Virus record (IMG/VR): IMGVR_UViG_3300010163_000002
Coordinates: 1 to 64,000 of that record
DNA length: 64,000 nt
Source of the DNA: a virus
Lineage: Duplodnaviria > Caudoviricetes
Strand: one strand, 5' to 3'
Under the pieces are notes generated by a model. The model was not told where the DNA came from and searched no databases. It saw nothing but the letters and a program-made list of their open reading frames with translations. Positions 9,443 to 19,460 of this stretch are shown here, one piece after another. The position numbers were made by a program, and so were the translations under genes. Each line of letters begins with the position of its first letter. Positions within the stretch are counted from its first letter, which is position 1.

Positions 9443-9997
9443 TTATTTTTTATCTGTTGATCCGAGGCCACCATTACGGCATGGAAGCAAATCTTCATTG
9501 TCGTCCACCGTAAGGCAAAATTCTCTTATAATACCCTGAGCATATGCTTGTCCGGCTTTGATAACATAGTCCTGACAATCATCACGATTGCACACAAGAG
9601 CAACCATAATATGGCCTTCATTATCAGAACCATAATAATCATTATCAATAATACATACCGTATTTGCCATACAAATACGGTGTTTAAACCCAAGTGAACT
9701 CCTTGGGAAAATGGATAAGTCATAATTATCCTCAAAGAATTTAATACGAACACCTGTCGGTACAATAACAGTCTTATTGTATTTACAAGTAATATTTGTA
9801 GGGGCGAAGAAGTCGTACCCTGAACTTCTTTTAGTTCCTCTACGAGGAAGTTTAATTGAATCATAGATACTTCTAATGACCCTTTCCAATTCATCTGCGT
9901 CGTTAACCAGATCGCATGGATATAATTTCATGTAATCCTTTTTGAATTGTTCAAAACTAACCTTTTCAAATTTTGCTACTCTTCTAGCCATTTCCAT
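9443..9997 (-). CDS. dut: trimeric dUTPase
   Basis: SSGYDF, PTG, PRSSLG, IIDNDY and RNGGLGST motifs. Confidence 0.95.
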   Translation of the reverse strand: MEMARRVAKFEKVSFEQFKKDYMKLYPCDLVNDADELERVIRSIYDSIKLPRRGTKRSSGYDFFAPTNITCKYNKTVIVPTGVRIKFFEDNYDLSIFPRSSLGFKHRICMANTVCIIDNDYYGSDNEGHIMVALVCNRDDCQDYVIKAGQAYAQGIIREFCLTVDDNEDLLPCRNGGLGSTDKK

Positions 9998-10005
9998 TCT
10001 CCTCC

Positions 10006-10356
10006 TTAGATTTCTGGATTCCTTGAATCTGAATCCGGCACATAAAGTAAAGTTGTTAAATCGTTGAAAAGGGATGAGAACCCATTAACTGATTTAGAGA
10101 ATTCCGTTCCAACATCTACAAGAACAAGAGCAACGCCAAGTTCTTTAGCGTGCTCCATAGTAGCATCAGTATCGTGATAGAATACATCTATTTCATTACT
10201 GATACCATCTTTTAGCATTGAAATAATTTGTGCCAGAAGTGAAGATACGTGCACGTATTTTACATTTTCGTAGCATCGATCATCCTGTCCTTCTGACTTA
10301 ACTCTTATTAAGTACTTCTTGTTCTGATTGAGCTCATGATACAGTTTTACTTGCAT
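10006..10356 (-). CDS. hypothetical protein
   Basis: 116 aa ORF with AAGGAG SD and an early-type motif upstream. Confidence 0.65.
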   Translation of the reverse strand: MQVKLYHELNQNKKYLIRVKSEGQDDRCYENVKYVHVSSLLAQIISMLKDGISNEIDVFYHDTDATMEHAKELGVALVLVDVGTEFSKSVNGFSSLFNDLTTLLYVPDSDSRNPEI

Positions 10357-10414
10357 GGTTCAATCTCCTTTCTTTGGTTTATTATACAAGATTATAATAT
10401 GCAATTAAATATCT

Positions 10415-12145
10415 CTACTTGATCTTTATAACTTTAGACGGTTTCATTTTAACTTCTATCTTTTTATTGTTGGAATTTAAATATTCTACTATTTCCACTC
10501 CAGTCATGCCAACCATCTTTTCAGTTGGTTTATATTTATATACATACATCTCGTTTCTATAATCGCGGGCAAGGTCTCTTAATCGTTTATAAATGAAATA
10601 TACTATTCCATCAAAATCATCTGCAGCGTATATACCGTCAAGTTTTTTAAGTGCTTTTTCAATATAATAATATTTACCATTATTCGCTTTTACAACTGTG
10701 GCACAATGAATAGAGCCATTCATGTAAAAACACAAATTACAAATATCATTACAATATTTGCTAAGAACAGCATATTGATAATTGGTAAAATCTACTGGTG
10801 TACCTTTCTTATTTTTAGAAAAATCAGATATTGGTTTTGCCCTGCTTACAAAAGTATATTCTAGTTTATAATCTCTCATTTCATTATATAAACTTAACAA
10901 TTTATAATATGGAATCTTCGCATTATTTACAGGATTATTTAGATTATATGTATATATCGATTGCCCATTAACAATATCTACTAATGTAAAGCCAAACAAT
11001 AATAATACCTTTTCATCCCCTTTATTGAAGTTTGTTATTGTATATCTATAAGCATTGATAAATGGAATAGGTGTAGAATCACAACCAATAAGATCTACAA
11101 TAATATTCTCAAGCATTTTATTTCTGTCTGAAGCATATTTAGGGGAAATTACTATAAGCAAATCTCCAATTCTAGTCCCTCTTGTGTTATATACTTCAAT
11201 AAATGCTGTAGGTATGTTATTTTCATAGTATACTTTTGTATAAACACGTTCGGCGCCATTTTTATGAAATTTATTTATATAACTCATTGTATTATAATCA
11301 ACAGTCCCTAATATCTTTTTATAGCCTGCAATATAATTATCATGCACTGTATCGGTTTTGGCAGTAGACTCATTTATTTCAACGACTTTTTTCGTGTTTC
11401 CAGTTAATATAGCCATTTTAATATCCAAAAATATCTCAAGTAATTGGTCAAATTGATTATTTGTTAGTCTAATATAATTATATATACCCTGATTTGTTAT
11501 AACGTTCTCCTTTTCAATTGTTTTTTGCCTAGATGCTTTCATAGATGATGATAATTTAGTATTTGGATTATCTCCCCCGTCCTTCACCTCAATTATAAGA
11601 TTGTATGGGATATATAAAAAATCAGTTATATAAAAATGATCTTCCCCATTATGCTTATATCTAATAACTGGACCCGGGGCCATTATATCCTCAGATGGAA
11701 TCTGCATGAATTTATCCATGAATTCAAGAAATTTTCTTTCATAAGATCCAGTATATGTAACTTCTCCTCCGTCAGTAAACCTATATTTCCCGGAAATGTG
11801 TCTGTTCGCAAGCATTTTCTTCTGTTGCTCCTCATCATTAAGAATATTATATGTACCATGTGTGGCAATCATATTCTTTTTATATTGCTCCCTCATATAT
11901 TCTTTACATCTAGGATTATCGCATAACACATTATATCTTGACGCTCTACTGTTCCACGTTGTTTCTCCTTTACACACTCTGCATCTACCATGACCATTTG
12001 TACCGTTAGCAATATCATAGACCATTTGCTCTGCAGATATTTCCGTGGTTAATAAATTATCGCTGTGCTGCGCTTTAATATGATTAATTAAGTTCAATCT
12101 GTCATATTTATTATCGCAATACGGGCATTTGTATTTCTTAGCCAT
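10415..12145 (-). CDS. multidomain protein: C2H2/C4 Zn fingers plus PD-(D/E)xK nuclease (T4 gp4/TnsA-like head completion nuclease) plus C-terminal domains
   Basis: CPYC..H....H; CRVC; GSYERKF...YITDF...IIEVK; late-type promoter upstream. Confidence 0.65.
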   Translation of the reverse strand: MAKKYKCPYCDNKYDRLNLINHIKAQHSDNLLTTEISAEQMVYDIANGTNGHGRCRVCKGETTWNSRASRYNVLCDNPRCKEYMREQYKKNMIATHGTYNILNDEEQQKKMLANRHISGKYRFTDGGEVTYTGSYERKFLEFMDKFMQIPSEDIMAPGPVIRYKHNGEDHFYITDFLYIPYNLIIEVKDGGDNPNTKLSSSMKASRQKTIEKENVITNQGIYNYIRLTNNQFDQLLEIFLDIKMAILTGNTKKVVEINESTAKTDTVHDNYIAGYKKILGTVDYNTMSYINKFHKNGAERVYTKVYYENNIPTAFIEVYNTRGTRIGDLLIVISPKYASDRNKMLENIIVDLIGCDSTPIPFINAYRYTITNFNKGDEKVLLLFGFTLVDIVNGQSIYTYNLNNPVNNAKIPYYKLLSLYNEMRDYKLEYTFVSRAKPISDFSKNKKGTPVDFTNYQYAVLSKYCNDICNLCFYMNGSIHCATVVKANNGKYYYIEKALKKLDGIYAADDFDGIVYFIYKRLRDLARDYRNEMYVYKYKPTEKMVGMTGVEIVEYLNSNNKKIEVKMKPSKVIKIK

Positions 12146-12252
12146 AAATAGTATACCTCCCTATATGATTTAATAAAATGTAATTTAAGCAATTATAATC
12201 TAAAAATAAATACGCTGGTAAATCTGATAGAGGGCACGAATGCCCACTATCA

Positions 12253-12858
12253 CTACAATACTGCTTTAAATCTAAACGGTACTTCAGGTTCGATATTAAC
12301 AGCATCTTCACTATCGTATCTTTCCGGAAGTCTGCCATTATTGCTATATGCATACATGGCATCAAATACATGAGCTATGAATACTTTAGCAATATATCTG
12401 ACTGCTTTCATCTTAGCGTCAGATGGTCCAAACCCTTCTTCTACATAGTCCTCGTACTTCTGTTCCATGATGCGCCCGTAAAGACTTGAGCCACACGACT
12501 CAAATGCCGATACAGCCTGCATTATTACTTCTTCAGCATTTTTGTTGTGCGGCTTTGACGGGTTATCAATACCTGCATATGAGATGAATTGGGCCGCACG
12601 ATCTTTTCCAGTTACATCAAAATATGCAAGTATACCAGCAGCAATATCTACTGTTATCCCTTTAATTTGGCAAAGCCATACCCCTACTTGTTCTCCGTAT
12701 ACTTCATTAGCCAACTTTTTGTCAAAATCAGCCAAAATCAATACAGTTAATTTTTTAGGATATCGAAATATATTTGTATTGTCCTCGCACATCTTTCCGT
12801 AGATGTTTACTACTTCCGATCTCCTCTTTAGTATATTTTTAACAATTTCTTTATTCAT
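12253..12858 (-). CDS. IS110 Transposase_20/Nop-domain-like protein lacking RuvC (TasA-like)
   Basis: WL.QIKGI....AAGILA.FD......Q..SYAG and A...A.RY.AK.F..H motifs. Confidence 0.6.
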   Translation of the reverse strand: MNKEIVKNILKRRSEVVNIYGKMCEDNTNIFRYPKKLTVLILADFDKKLANEVYGEQVGVWLCQIKGITVDIAAGILAYFDVTGKDRAAQFISYAGIDNPSKPHNKNAEEVIMQAVSAFESCGSSLYGRIMEQKYEDYVEEGFGPSDAKMKAVRYIAKVFIAHVFDAMYAYSNNGRLPERYDSEDAVNIEPEVPFRFKAVL

Positions 12859-12861
12859 AAT

Positions 12862-13221
12862 TTAGCTCCTTTCTGACAGATTTGCTATCTGTCTTGCTAT
12901 ATTAGAGGCTTCTTTATAATTGCGTAGCTCTTCAATGTTATATAAAAATCTTCCGTAAAGCCCCTTATTTAACCCACTACAACATCCATTTACTGTATCA
13001 TTCCAATCCAATATGCATTCTTTGCATGTACTATTGGAATGATACGTGTAGTCGCAGCAAAAGCAATCCGCATGGATTATTTGCTCAACGCAAAGTATTT
13101 CATATAAATACTTGCATTTAATTTCGAAAGCAAAAATCGGTTTCACTTCTTCTACATGATCAGCTATCCAATTCCACATTTTTCTGTGTTCTTCTATAGC
13201 CTGCTCTTTAGTTAATTGCAT
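12862..13221 (-). CDS. Cys-rich EHRKMWNW-family protein (copy 1)
   Basis: LTxEQAIEEHRKMWNWIA...CFCC.Y...CxxC...IAxQIANL, shared with three other genes in the window. Confidence 0.8.
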   Translation of the reverse strand: MQLTKEQAIEEHRKMWNWIADHVEEVKPIFAFEIKCKYLYEILCVEQIIHADCFCCDYTYHSNSTCKECILDWNDTVNGCCSGLNKGLYGRFLYNIEELRNYKEASNIARQIANLSERS

Positions 13222-13345
13222 ACTTACATTCCTCCTTTGTTTACTAAATTATATTAGTTTAATTCAAAATTATAATATACAAATGTAAAACTTAATATGT
13301 GCAACTTTAAAGTAAAAATTAAATAATGTTTGGAGGTATATTAAT

Positions 13346-13726
13346 ATGGAAGCTCACGTACTTTCATTAAATGATTTTAATATGCCTAAAGTATTTAGCG
13401 CTTCAGATAGTGCTTATGTGCATATAGTGTATCTATTATTATTAGAACCAGGAAAATACCAATCTCATCCTAATATGGGTGTAGGATTACGTAGTCGTTA
13501 TAGATATAATAACGCGGACAATTTTCTTACAGATTTAAAATCAGACATTGAAAAGCAAATATCATTATATCTTCCAGAATTAGTAGACGTATCAGTCGTA
13601 TTAACTATGAAAGATCATATTTTAGGCATCATAATAGATACATCATCAGGTACATATGCTTTAGCATATAATTCGGTAAATGATACAATGGATGCCGCTG
13701 CTACTTACGTATTAGAGGATCTCTAA
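13346..13726 (+). CDS. baseplate wedge / sheath initiator (gp25-like)
   Basis: LLLxxPG....HP.MG.GL pattern; 126 aa; late-type promoter at 13303-13314. Confidence 0.6.
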   Translation: MEAHVLSLNDFNMPKVFSASDSAYVHIVYLLLLEPGKYQSHPNMGVGLRSRYRYNNADNFLTDLKSDIEKQISLYLPELVDVSVVLTMKDHILGIIIDTSSGTYALAYNSVNDTMDAAATYVLEDL

Positions 13727-13766
13727 TAATATAAATTTTTTACCATAATTTAAGGAGGATAATATA

Positions 13767-15398
13767 ATGGCAAACAAAGTAACTCTTGAATCGTTAGTAA
13801 ATTCTACTAAGGCATCCGCATCAGAAAATGCAACTCCGAATGCTGCGCCGGCGGCGAATTTTAAAACTGCTAAAGTGGTATCCACAAGTGAACTTGGCAA
13901 AAGCCTTGCTGCTAAACACCCTGAAGCTCAGGAAAGAAAAAATATTGTTCCAGAAGACGCACCTCTTGTTAAAGATGCATTCGATTCTATGAATCGTAGA
14001 TTGGAGGAAAGCAGAAAATTTATTGAAGAAGAATATATTCCTAAAATCGAAGAGAATGCTAGGGAGATGCAATTAGAAAGAGAACTTGGTGAAGAGTATT
14101 CAGAAGACGAAGAAACAACTGCTGCGCCTGAAATGGTTGAGGAGTATTTCGAAGAATTTGATAACAATACTAATGAAAGTGTGTCAAATTATGATGATGA
14201 AGAAGTTGATCTTCCGGTAGAAGAACCTAAACATGTTACAACTCCAGTAGAACATAAACCGGTTAAACAGGTTAGAGAAGAAACTGCTGATGACAAGGTC
14301 ACGCTCGATGATCTTATGGCCGAACTCAATATCGACGATGATGGAGATAATGAGGAAGCTATAGAGGAGGATAGAGAACAAACAAGAGAAAGATTTAAAG
14401 AATCTCTTAGAGATATAAAGATTACCAAAAATCCAATTAATCTTGGGGAATATACTATCAGAAAAGAGCCAATCAGCGCTGCTGCAGTATTGCGTGATCT
14501 TAATGCTTCTAAGGTTACAAAGAAATGCGATTGGCCGTTATATTTTACAGGAAGAAATATGAGGTTTGAAGAAACCAACGGGCCGGAACTTGATTCACTC
14601 AAGAAGACCATTAATAATAGCAATAATATTAATGGAGTAATTGCTTCGCTGAAATTTATTTATAACCACGTAGTAGATGCAAATAAAAAACCATTTGAAG
14701 CATGGTGTAAATCTATCCGTACAGAAGATATTGAATCTCTATATTTTGGAATTTACAGGGCTACATATGGAGATGCAAATATTGTTCCCAGGTATGATGA
14801 ATACAGGAAAAAGGGATGTAAGAAAACATCGCTTATTGATACTCCAATTAGTACCATGGTTAAATACAAGAACGACGATGTTAAAAACAAATTTGATAAT
14901 CTCTTTAGGATGGACACAACAGATGGAGATAGAAAAGTTAGATCTAATCTAATGGCTATTTCTGATGATCTTGCTATTTCTTATAGCAATCCTACATTAT
15001 ACAGTACATTCATTCAGTATTCAACACTTAAACCGGAAATCGTTGAAAAGTATTCTGATCATCTTAATACCATGGCTTATATTGATAAATTCTATAGGAT
15101 TGATCCGGCAACCAAACAGCTTAGTGCTATAGATATCAAAGAATTCCCGAATAATATTAACAAGACAATACTTAATAAACTTAAAGTATATATTGATCTG
15201 CTTAAAACACTTACAATTGACCAGTATAATGCAATGCTTGGCAAGCTTGATAACTTAATGGAGTCCGACGATATTAAATATGTGTATCCTAAAACAATGT
15301 GCCCAGAGTGTGGTAACATTATGCCAGAGCAGGAAATCTCTTCTATGCTGCAAATGCTTTTTACCAGAGCTCAGTTGGTCCAGGTCAAGAATTTATAG
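13767..15398 (+). CDS. baseplate hub / tail assembly protein (T4 gp26-like C-terminus) with acidic N-terminal region
   Basis: Follows the gp25-like gene; D...LYFGIY.ATY and a terminal CPECG. Confidence 0.5.
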   Translation: MANKVTLESLVNSTKASASENATPNAAPAANFKTAKVVSTSELGKSLAAKHPEAQERKNIVPEDAPLVKDAFDSMNRRLEESRKFIEEEYIPKIEENAREMQLERELGEEYSEDEETTAAPEMVEEYFEEFDNNTNESVSNYDDEEVDLPVEEPKHVTTPVEHKPVKQVREETADDKVTLDDLMAELNIDDDGDNEEAIEEDREQTRERFKESLRDIKITKNPINLGEYTIRKEPISAAAVLRDLNASKVTKKCDWPLYFTGRNMRFEETNGPELDSLKKTINNSNNINGVIASLKFIYNHVVDANKKPFEAWCKSIRTEDIESLYFGIYRATYGDANIVPRYDEYRKKGCKKTSLIDTPISTMVKYKNDDVKNKFDNLFRMDTTDGDRKVRSNLMAISDDLAISYSNPTLYSTFIQYSTLKPEIVEKYSDHLNTMAYIDKFYRIDPATKQLSAIDIKEFPNNINKTILNKLKVYIDLLKTLTIDQYNAMLGKLDNLMESDDIKYVYPKTMCPECGNIMPEQEISSMLQMLFTRAQLVQVKNL

Positions 15399-15409
15399 AA
15401 AAAATTGAA

Positions 15410-15583
15410 ATGATTGCTACATATTATAAGGGCAGAACATCATTTGCAGAATTGATGAATATGCCCTTATCTTATATAAATGCATTATACCGGATCGCTG
15501 AGGAAAGATCAAAAACAAAAGAAGGGCAAGAGCAAATGAAATCTGAGGCAGTACAAGATGCAATAGAGGAGGCGGTAACGTGA
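15410..15583 (+). CDS. gp51-like small baseplate/tail chaperone, possibly the -1 frameshift extension of the upstream gene
   Basis: MIATYYKGRTSFAELMNMP... in the -1 frame; no SD; the TGA overlaps the next GTG start. Confidence 0.55.
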   Translation: MIATYYKGRTSFAELMNMPLSYINALYRIAEERSKTKEGQEQMKSEAVQDAIEEAVT

Positions 15584-15885
15584 ATACATTAGAATTCACA
15601 AAAGACGTTCCGGCCGAACAACTTGCCGTAATATTTAAAGAATTCTTTGAGCAACATATGTTTGCCTATATGCTATTAAAGGGGGTTGAGTTCGTTAAGA
15701 TTAATTCCATTAGTATAAATGCAGCATCCATTATGTATTCTGTAAAAGTATTAAAGGATGAAGATAAGGATAAACTCGTGCATAATTTAACTTCCCATGC
15801 CGCATCTTTAAATATTTACGGTAAGTATTATACCCCGGAAATATATCTTAATGGAGATCTTTTATGTATAACAATTAAAAAATAA
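15580..15885 (+). CDS. hypothetical protein
   Basis: GAGGAGG SD, GTG start. Confidence 0.7.
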   Translation: MNTLEFTKDVPAEQLAVIFKEFFEQHMFAYMLLKGVEFVKINSISINAASIMYSVKVLKDEDKDKLVHNLTSHAASLNIYGKYYTPEIYLNGDLLCITIKK

Positions 15886-15895
15886 AATGCAAATA

Positions 15896-15926
15896 ATATG
15901 GAGAGAGCTTAAGTGCTCTCTCCATA
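15896..15926. terminator. bidirectional terminator
   Basis: ATATGGAGAGAGC-N6-GCTCTCTCCATAT between convergent genes. Confidence 0.8.
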
Positions 15927-15932
15927 TACTTA

Positions 15933-17129
15933 CTATACATTACGAATAGACTTAAAAATTTGATTGCTATCTCTACAAGTTTTGTGCGGGCTTCTATTTA
16001 TCTTATCCTCCGATAAATATACATGCGCTGTGTGCTCGTATGTAGAAGTTTCTTTTAACATATCGCAGTAGATATCGAATGCGGTATCTTTATCCATTGC
16101 TATATATACTTTTTGCTTATCCTGCACTTTATTTTTATAACACAGAACAGTTACAGAATAAAATTTATCTGCGGCATTTACTTCGTTGTAATTTGAATCC
16201 ACGCAATAAATACTATCAAAGTTCATATAATTATGTCTAAAACAATCAGGGATCATTTTTGCACTCTTAAAACAATCCCATATTACTTGCGGGGAGTATG
16301 AATTATTGGAGCCAACGTTATAATGCATAATTGTAAGATTTATTTTCATACGAAAACATACTCTAACAATACTTCCAAATACCATCTGCAATCCGGTTGC
16401 ATATACGCACAAACACTTTGTAGGTACTCCATTTCTGAAAGGGATGTGCTCCCTTATGTACTGCTCGACTATGGCTTCCTGTTTATCGAAGTTGAACATA
16501 AGCGCCTGCGATAGTGCACCTTTGAAGATATAATCTTTAACTGGCATGATATGTCTGTCAGCAACCATGCCTACACTGATTACATCATCTCTGCATATCA
16601 TCAAATTAATTTTATGCGCTGCATGCGCAGGTGCCGGACTTGCACATGGTTTTGTATAGGCGGGAGCAGCGGCCTTTTGTGTCGTGTGCCCCTTCACTAT
16701 GCCAGTAATACCATATTTTGATTTGATTCTGGATACAGAACCTTTACTGATATAGTATTTCTCTGCAAGTAATCTTATTGGCATGCCAGATTTAACGTCG
16801 GATATAAATTCGTTTATCTGATCATCTGTCAACCCGCAAATGTTACCAGCTTCAGTACCAACTTTTCTTCCCGGTTTATGCTTAATTGTTAATTTTTCAT
16901 CTTTTATATTCGGTTGTTCCATTGGCATAATTTCTACGGGTTTAGATTCTTTATTTACATAAGCCCTTTCCACTGCGTTTATCCTATCAACGCTTATATT
17001 ATATTTTGCTGCAAGCATTTTCTTTTCCTCCCGTTCTTTTGTTTTTTCGATGGTTAATAGCGAATTATATACTTCAATAGTTTTCCTATCCATTTCTTGG
17101 ATAGGTTTTGAATACCTAGCCATTATCAT
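15933..17129 (-). CDS. HTH-containing DNA-binding protein
   Basis: LAAKYNIS and LAEKYYISKGSVSRIK HTH-like segments. Confidence 0.6.
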   Translation of the reverse strand: MIMARYSKPIQEMDRKTIEVYNSLLTIEKTKEREEKKMLAAKYNISVDRINAVERAYVNKESKPVEIMPMEQPNIKDEKLTIKHKPGRKVGTEAGNICGLTDDQINEFISDVKSGMPIRLLAEKYYISKGSVSRIKSKYGITGIVKGHTTQKAAAPAYTKPCASPAPAHAAHKINLMICRDDVISVGMVADRHIMPVKDYIFKGALSQALMFNFDKQEAIVEQYIREHIPFRNGVPTKCLCVYATGLQMVFGSIVRVCFRMKINLTIMHYNVGSNNSYSPQVIWDCFKSAKMIPDCFRHNYMNFDSIYCVDSNYNEVNAADKFYSVTVLCYKNKVQDKQKVYIAMDKDTAFDIYCDMLKETSTYEHTAHVYLSEDKINRSPHKTCRDSNQIFKSIRNV

Positions 17130-17195
17130 TCCTCCTTTGTAATTTGTTCAACCATCTATATATTTTTATTATATACAATTTAAATATTAACGAAG

Positions 17196-17207
17196 GACAA
17201 ATAAGTA
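17196..17207 (+). promoter_or_regulatory. late-type promoter (GACA-N6-TA)
   Basis: GACA AATAAG TA upstream of the RNAP gene. Confidence 0.5.
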
Positions 17208-17232
17208 ATATCCAGAGAGGAGTTGAATTGGA

Positions 17233-18879
17233 ATGGAACGTAAATTTCATATAGAACAATTAGATCAGCCTAAATTAATTAAAAATAATGATTTACCAAA
17301 AGTAACTAACCCTGTAATGTTTAGCGGGCCTAATGGGCCCACACCAGATGGTTTGTTAAGTAATGAATTATTTGGTATTACAAGAGATGAACGTTCTGGC
17401 ATATACGGGTGGATAGATTTAAACGAATCATTTATTAATCCATATTTTTATAAAATATGGCTTAGAATAGATAAAAATCTAAGATCATGTATATATGAAA
17501 CTCAAAATTTCATCATTAATAAAGATGGATATCTTGAACCAAGTGAGAATGGGCATACTGGATTAAAATTCATTATAAAGAATATTGATTCAATTAAATT
17601 CAAAAATACTAAAAAAGATAATTTTCTTAAAGCATTAAATAATGCCAAAAATGAAAAGCATTTATTTACAAACAAATTCGTTATCATACCACCATATTAT
17701 AGGGACGTTGAAACAACATCAAGCGGTAAAGTTGGTGTTGGAGAGATAAATAAACTGTACGTTAACTTAATGAATAATATTAGAGCTCTAAATGAATCTA
17801 ATGAATACGGATTATCTATTGTTGGGGGAATTAGAGGTAAAATTCAGGATATTATGCTTGAAATCTATAACTGGTTTACTGCCGGAGAATCTATAATTGG
17901 AGGAGAACATACTGGAGCAGGGATATTTAAAAAGTTTGGCGTAATACGTCGTAGTGTAATGAGCAAAACTACAGATTATTCCGCTAGATTGGTTATTTCT
18001 TCTCCAAAAATTAATGTGAATAAAAAAGAAGACCTTATGGTAGATCTAGATTATTCTGCAGTGCCATTATCTGCTGCATGCACTATATCTTATCCGTTTA
18101 TGATTTATCAATTAAGGCAATTTTTCAATAATGAATTTGGAGGGCAAATATATTATTCATACATAGATAAAAATGGTAACTTATCTAAAGTAGAATTAGA
18201 TAATCCTCAGTTGGCATTTTCTGATGATGTATTTGATAAAGAATTGAATGAATTTATTCATGGATACTCAAATAGATTTAAGCCGGTAAAAATTCCAAAT
18301 AAAGAAGGTAAGGATATTTATTTACGCTTTAAAGGATATTCTATAACAGAAGAAGAATACAAAAACGGAAAACGCGAGAGCGGGGATACATTAAATAGGC
18401 CAATAACATGGATGGATATATTTTATATCTGTGCTGTTGCAGCAACGGAAGATAAGGCAGTAATGATTACACGCTATCCTGTAGATTCTCATTTCAGCAA
18501 ATTAACAACTAGAATACATGTATCATCAACAATAAAAACAGAACCAATGGTTATTAATGGTAAATTTTATAAATGGTATCCTAGAGTAAGAAGAGAAGAT
18601 ATAGGAACAGATACATCAAATAAATTCATTGATACATTTCAGATGGCTAATCCGTACTGTGGATTAATGCTAGCAGACTTTGATGGCGACCAGGTAACTG
18701 TTAAAATGCCGTTTTCTGTTGAAGCCAATGAAGAATTGCTTAAGCATATAAATTCTACAGGGCAATTTGTTACCTTAAGCGGAGAAATTGGACGTAAGGG
18801 TACAATGGAATCTATTCAGACTATGTATAATCTTACATATATAGCAAGCAACGCAAAACTAACAAATCCAGAATTCTAA
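17233..18879 (+). CDS. RNA polymerase beta-prime fragment carrying the catalytic motif (probably virion RNAP)
   Basis: DGLLSNELFG, IPPYYRD, K..DYSARLVIS, TRYP, ADFDGD. The late-type promoter suggests the virion enzyme. Confidence 0.92.
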   Translation: MERKFHIEQLDQPKLIKNNDLPKVTNPVMFSGPNGPTPDGLLSNELFGITRDERSGIYGWIDLNESFINPYFYKIWLRIDKNLRSCIYETQNFIINKDGYLEPSENGHTGLKFIIKNIDSIKFKNTKKDNFLKALNNAKNEKHLFTNKFVIIPPYYRDVETTSSGKVGVGEINKLYVNLMNNIRALNESNEYGLSIVGGIRGKIQDIMLEIYNWFTAGESIIGGEHTGAGIFKKFGVIRRSVMSKTTDYSARLVISSPKINVNKKEDLMVDLDYSAVPLSAACTISYPFMIYQLRQFFNNEFGGQIYYSYIDKNGNLSKVELDNPQLAFSDDVFDKELNEFIHGYSNRFKPVKIPNKEGKDIYLRFKGYSITEEEYKNGKRESGDTLNRPITWMDIFYICAVAATEDKAVMITRYPVDSHFSKLTTRIHVSSTIKTEPMVINGKFYKWYPRVRREDIGTDTSNKFIDTFQMANPYCGLMLADFDGDQVTVKMPFSVEANEELLKHINSTGQFVTLSGEIGRKGTMESIQTMYNLTYIASNAKLTNPEF

Positions 18880-18902
18880 AAAATAATAAACCTAAATATG
18901 TA

Positions 18903-18926
18903 CCCCGAGGGATCGCTCCCTCGGGG
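18903..18926. terminator. terminator hairpin
   Basis: CCCCGAGGGA-TCGC-TCCCTCGGGG. Confidence 0.8.
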
Positions 18927-19039
18927 TTGTACAATGGGCAGTAATTTCATTTGCACATTTAATTTTATTTGGATAAACCAGGATTAATATTCTTCTCCGA
19001 TACCCCAGTTATCCATTTTATCACCGCCCTTCTCTATTG

Positions 19040-19372
19040 TTATTTTTCAGATACAATAGTTAAATTGTTGCCATTGTATCCAGTGCCAATAAGAGCAAAG
19101 GTTTCGCTTTTAAATTCAAACTCTGCTCTTTTTAGTACTTTAATTACTACGAAAATATCATCCGAATCCTGCACAACGGCAAAAGATTTTGTCACAATAT
19201 TTAATTTCCTTTCGGAATCTATTGTACATAGATCGCATTTGATATTTTCATTTTTTAATTGTTTAAATTTTATTTGCCGTAGAGTACCGTTGGTATTTAC
19301 AGCTCCCCACGGAAATATTAATTCTGTTCCCGGTATAAACTTAAATGTTAAACCGGGTATATGATCACTCAT
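19040..19372 (-). CDS. hypothetical protein
   Basis: AAGGAGG SD before ATG 19372. Confidence 0.65.
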   Translation of the reverse strand: MSDHIPGLTFKFIPGTELIFPWGAVNTNGTLRQIKFKQLKNENIKCDLCTIDSERKLNIVTKSFAVVQDSDDIFVVIKVLKRAEFEFKSETFALIGTGYNGNNLTIVSEK

Positions 19373-19460
19373 AATACATTCCTCCTTTGTTAGAATATTT
19401 AGCCGGAGCAAATCAATGCTCCGGCTATTCACTCTTATATTATATTATTAGAATAATTGA

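Noticed and set aside
12253-12858. Active IS110 insertion sequence
   Set aside because: No RuvC-like DEDD domain, no catalytic Ser loop and no non-coding end long enough for a bridge RNA.
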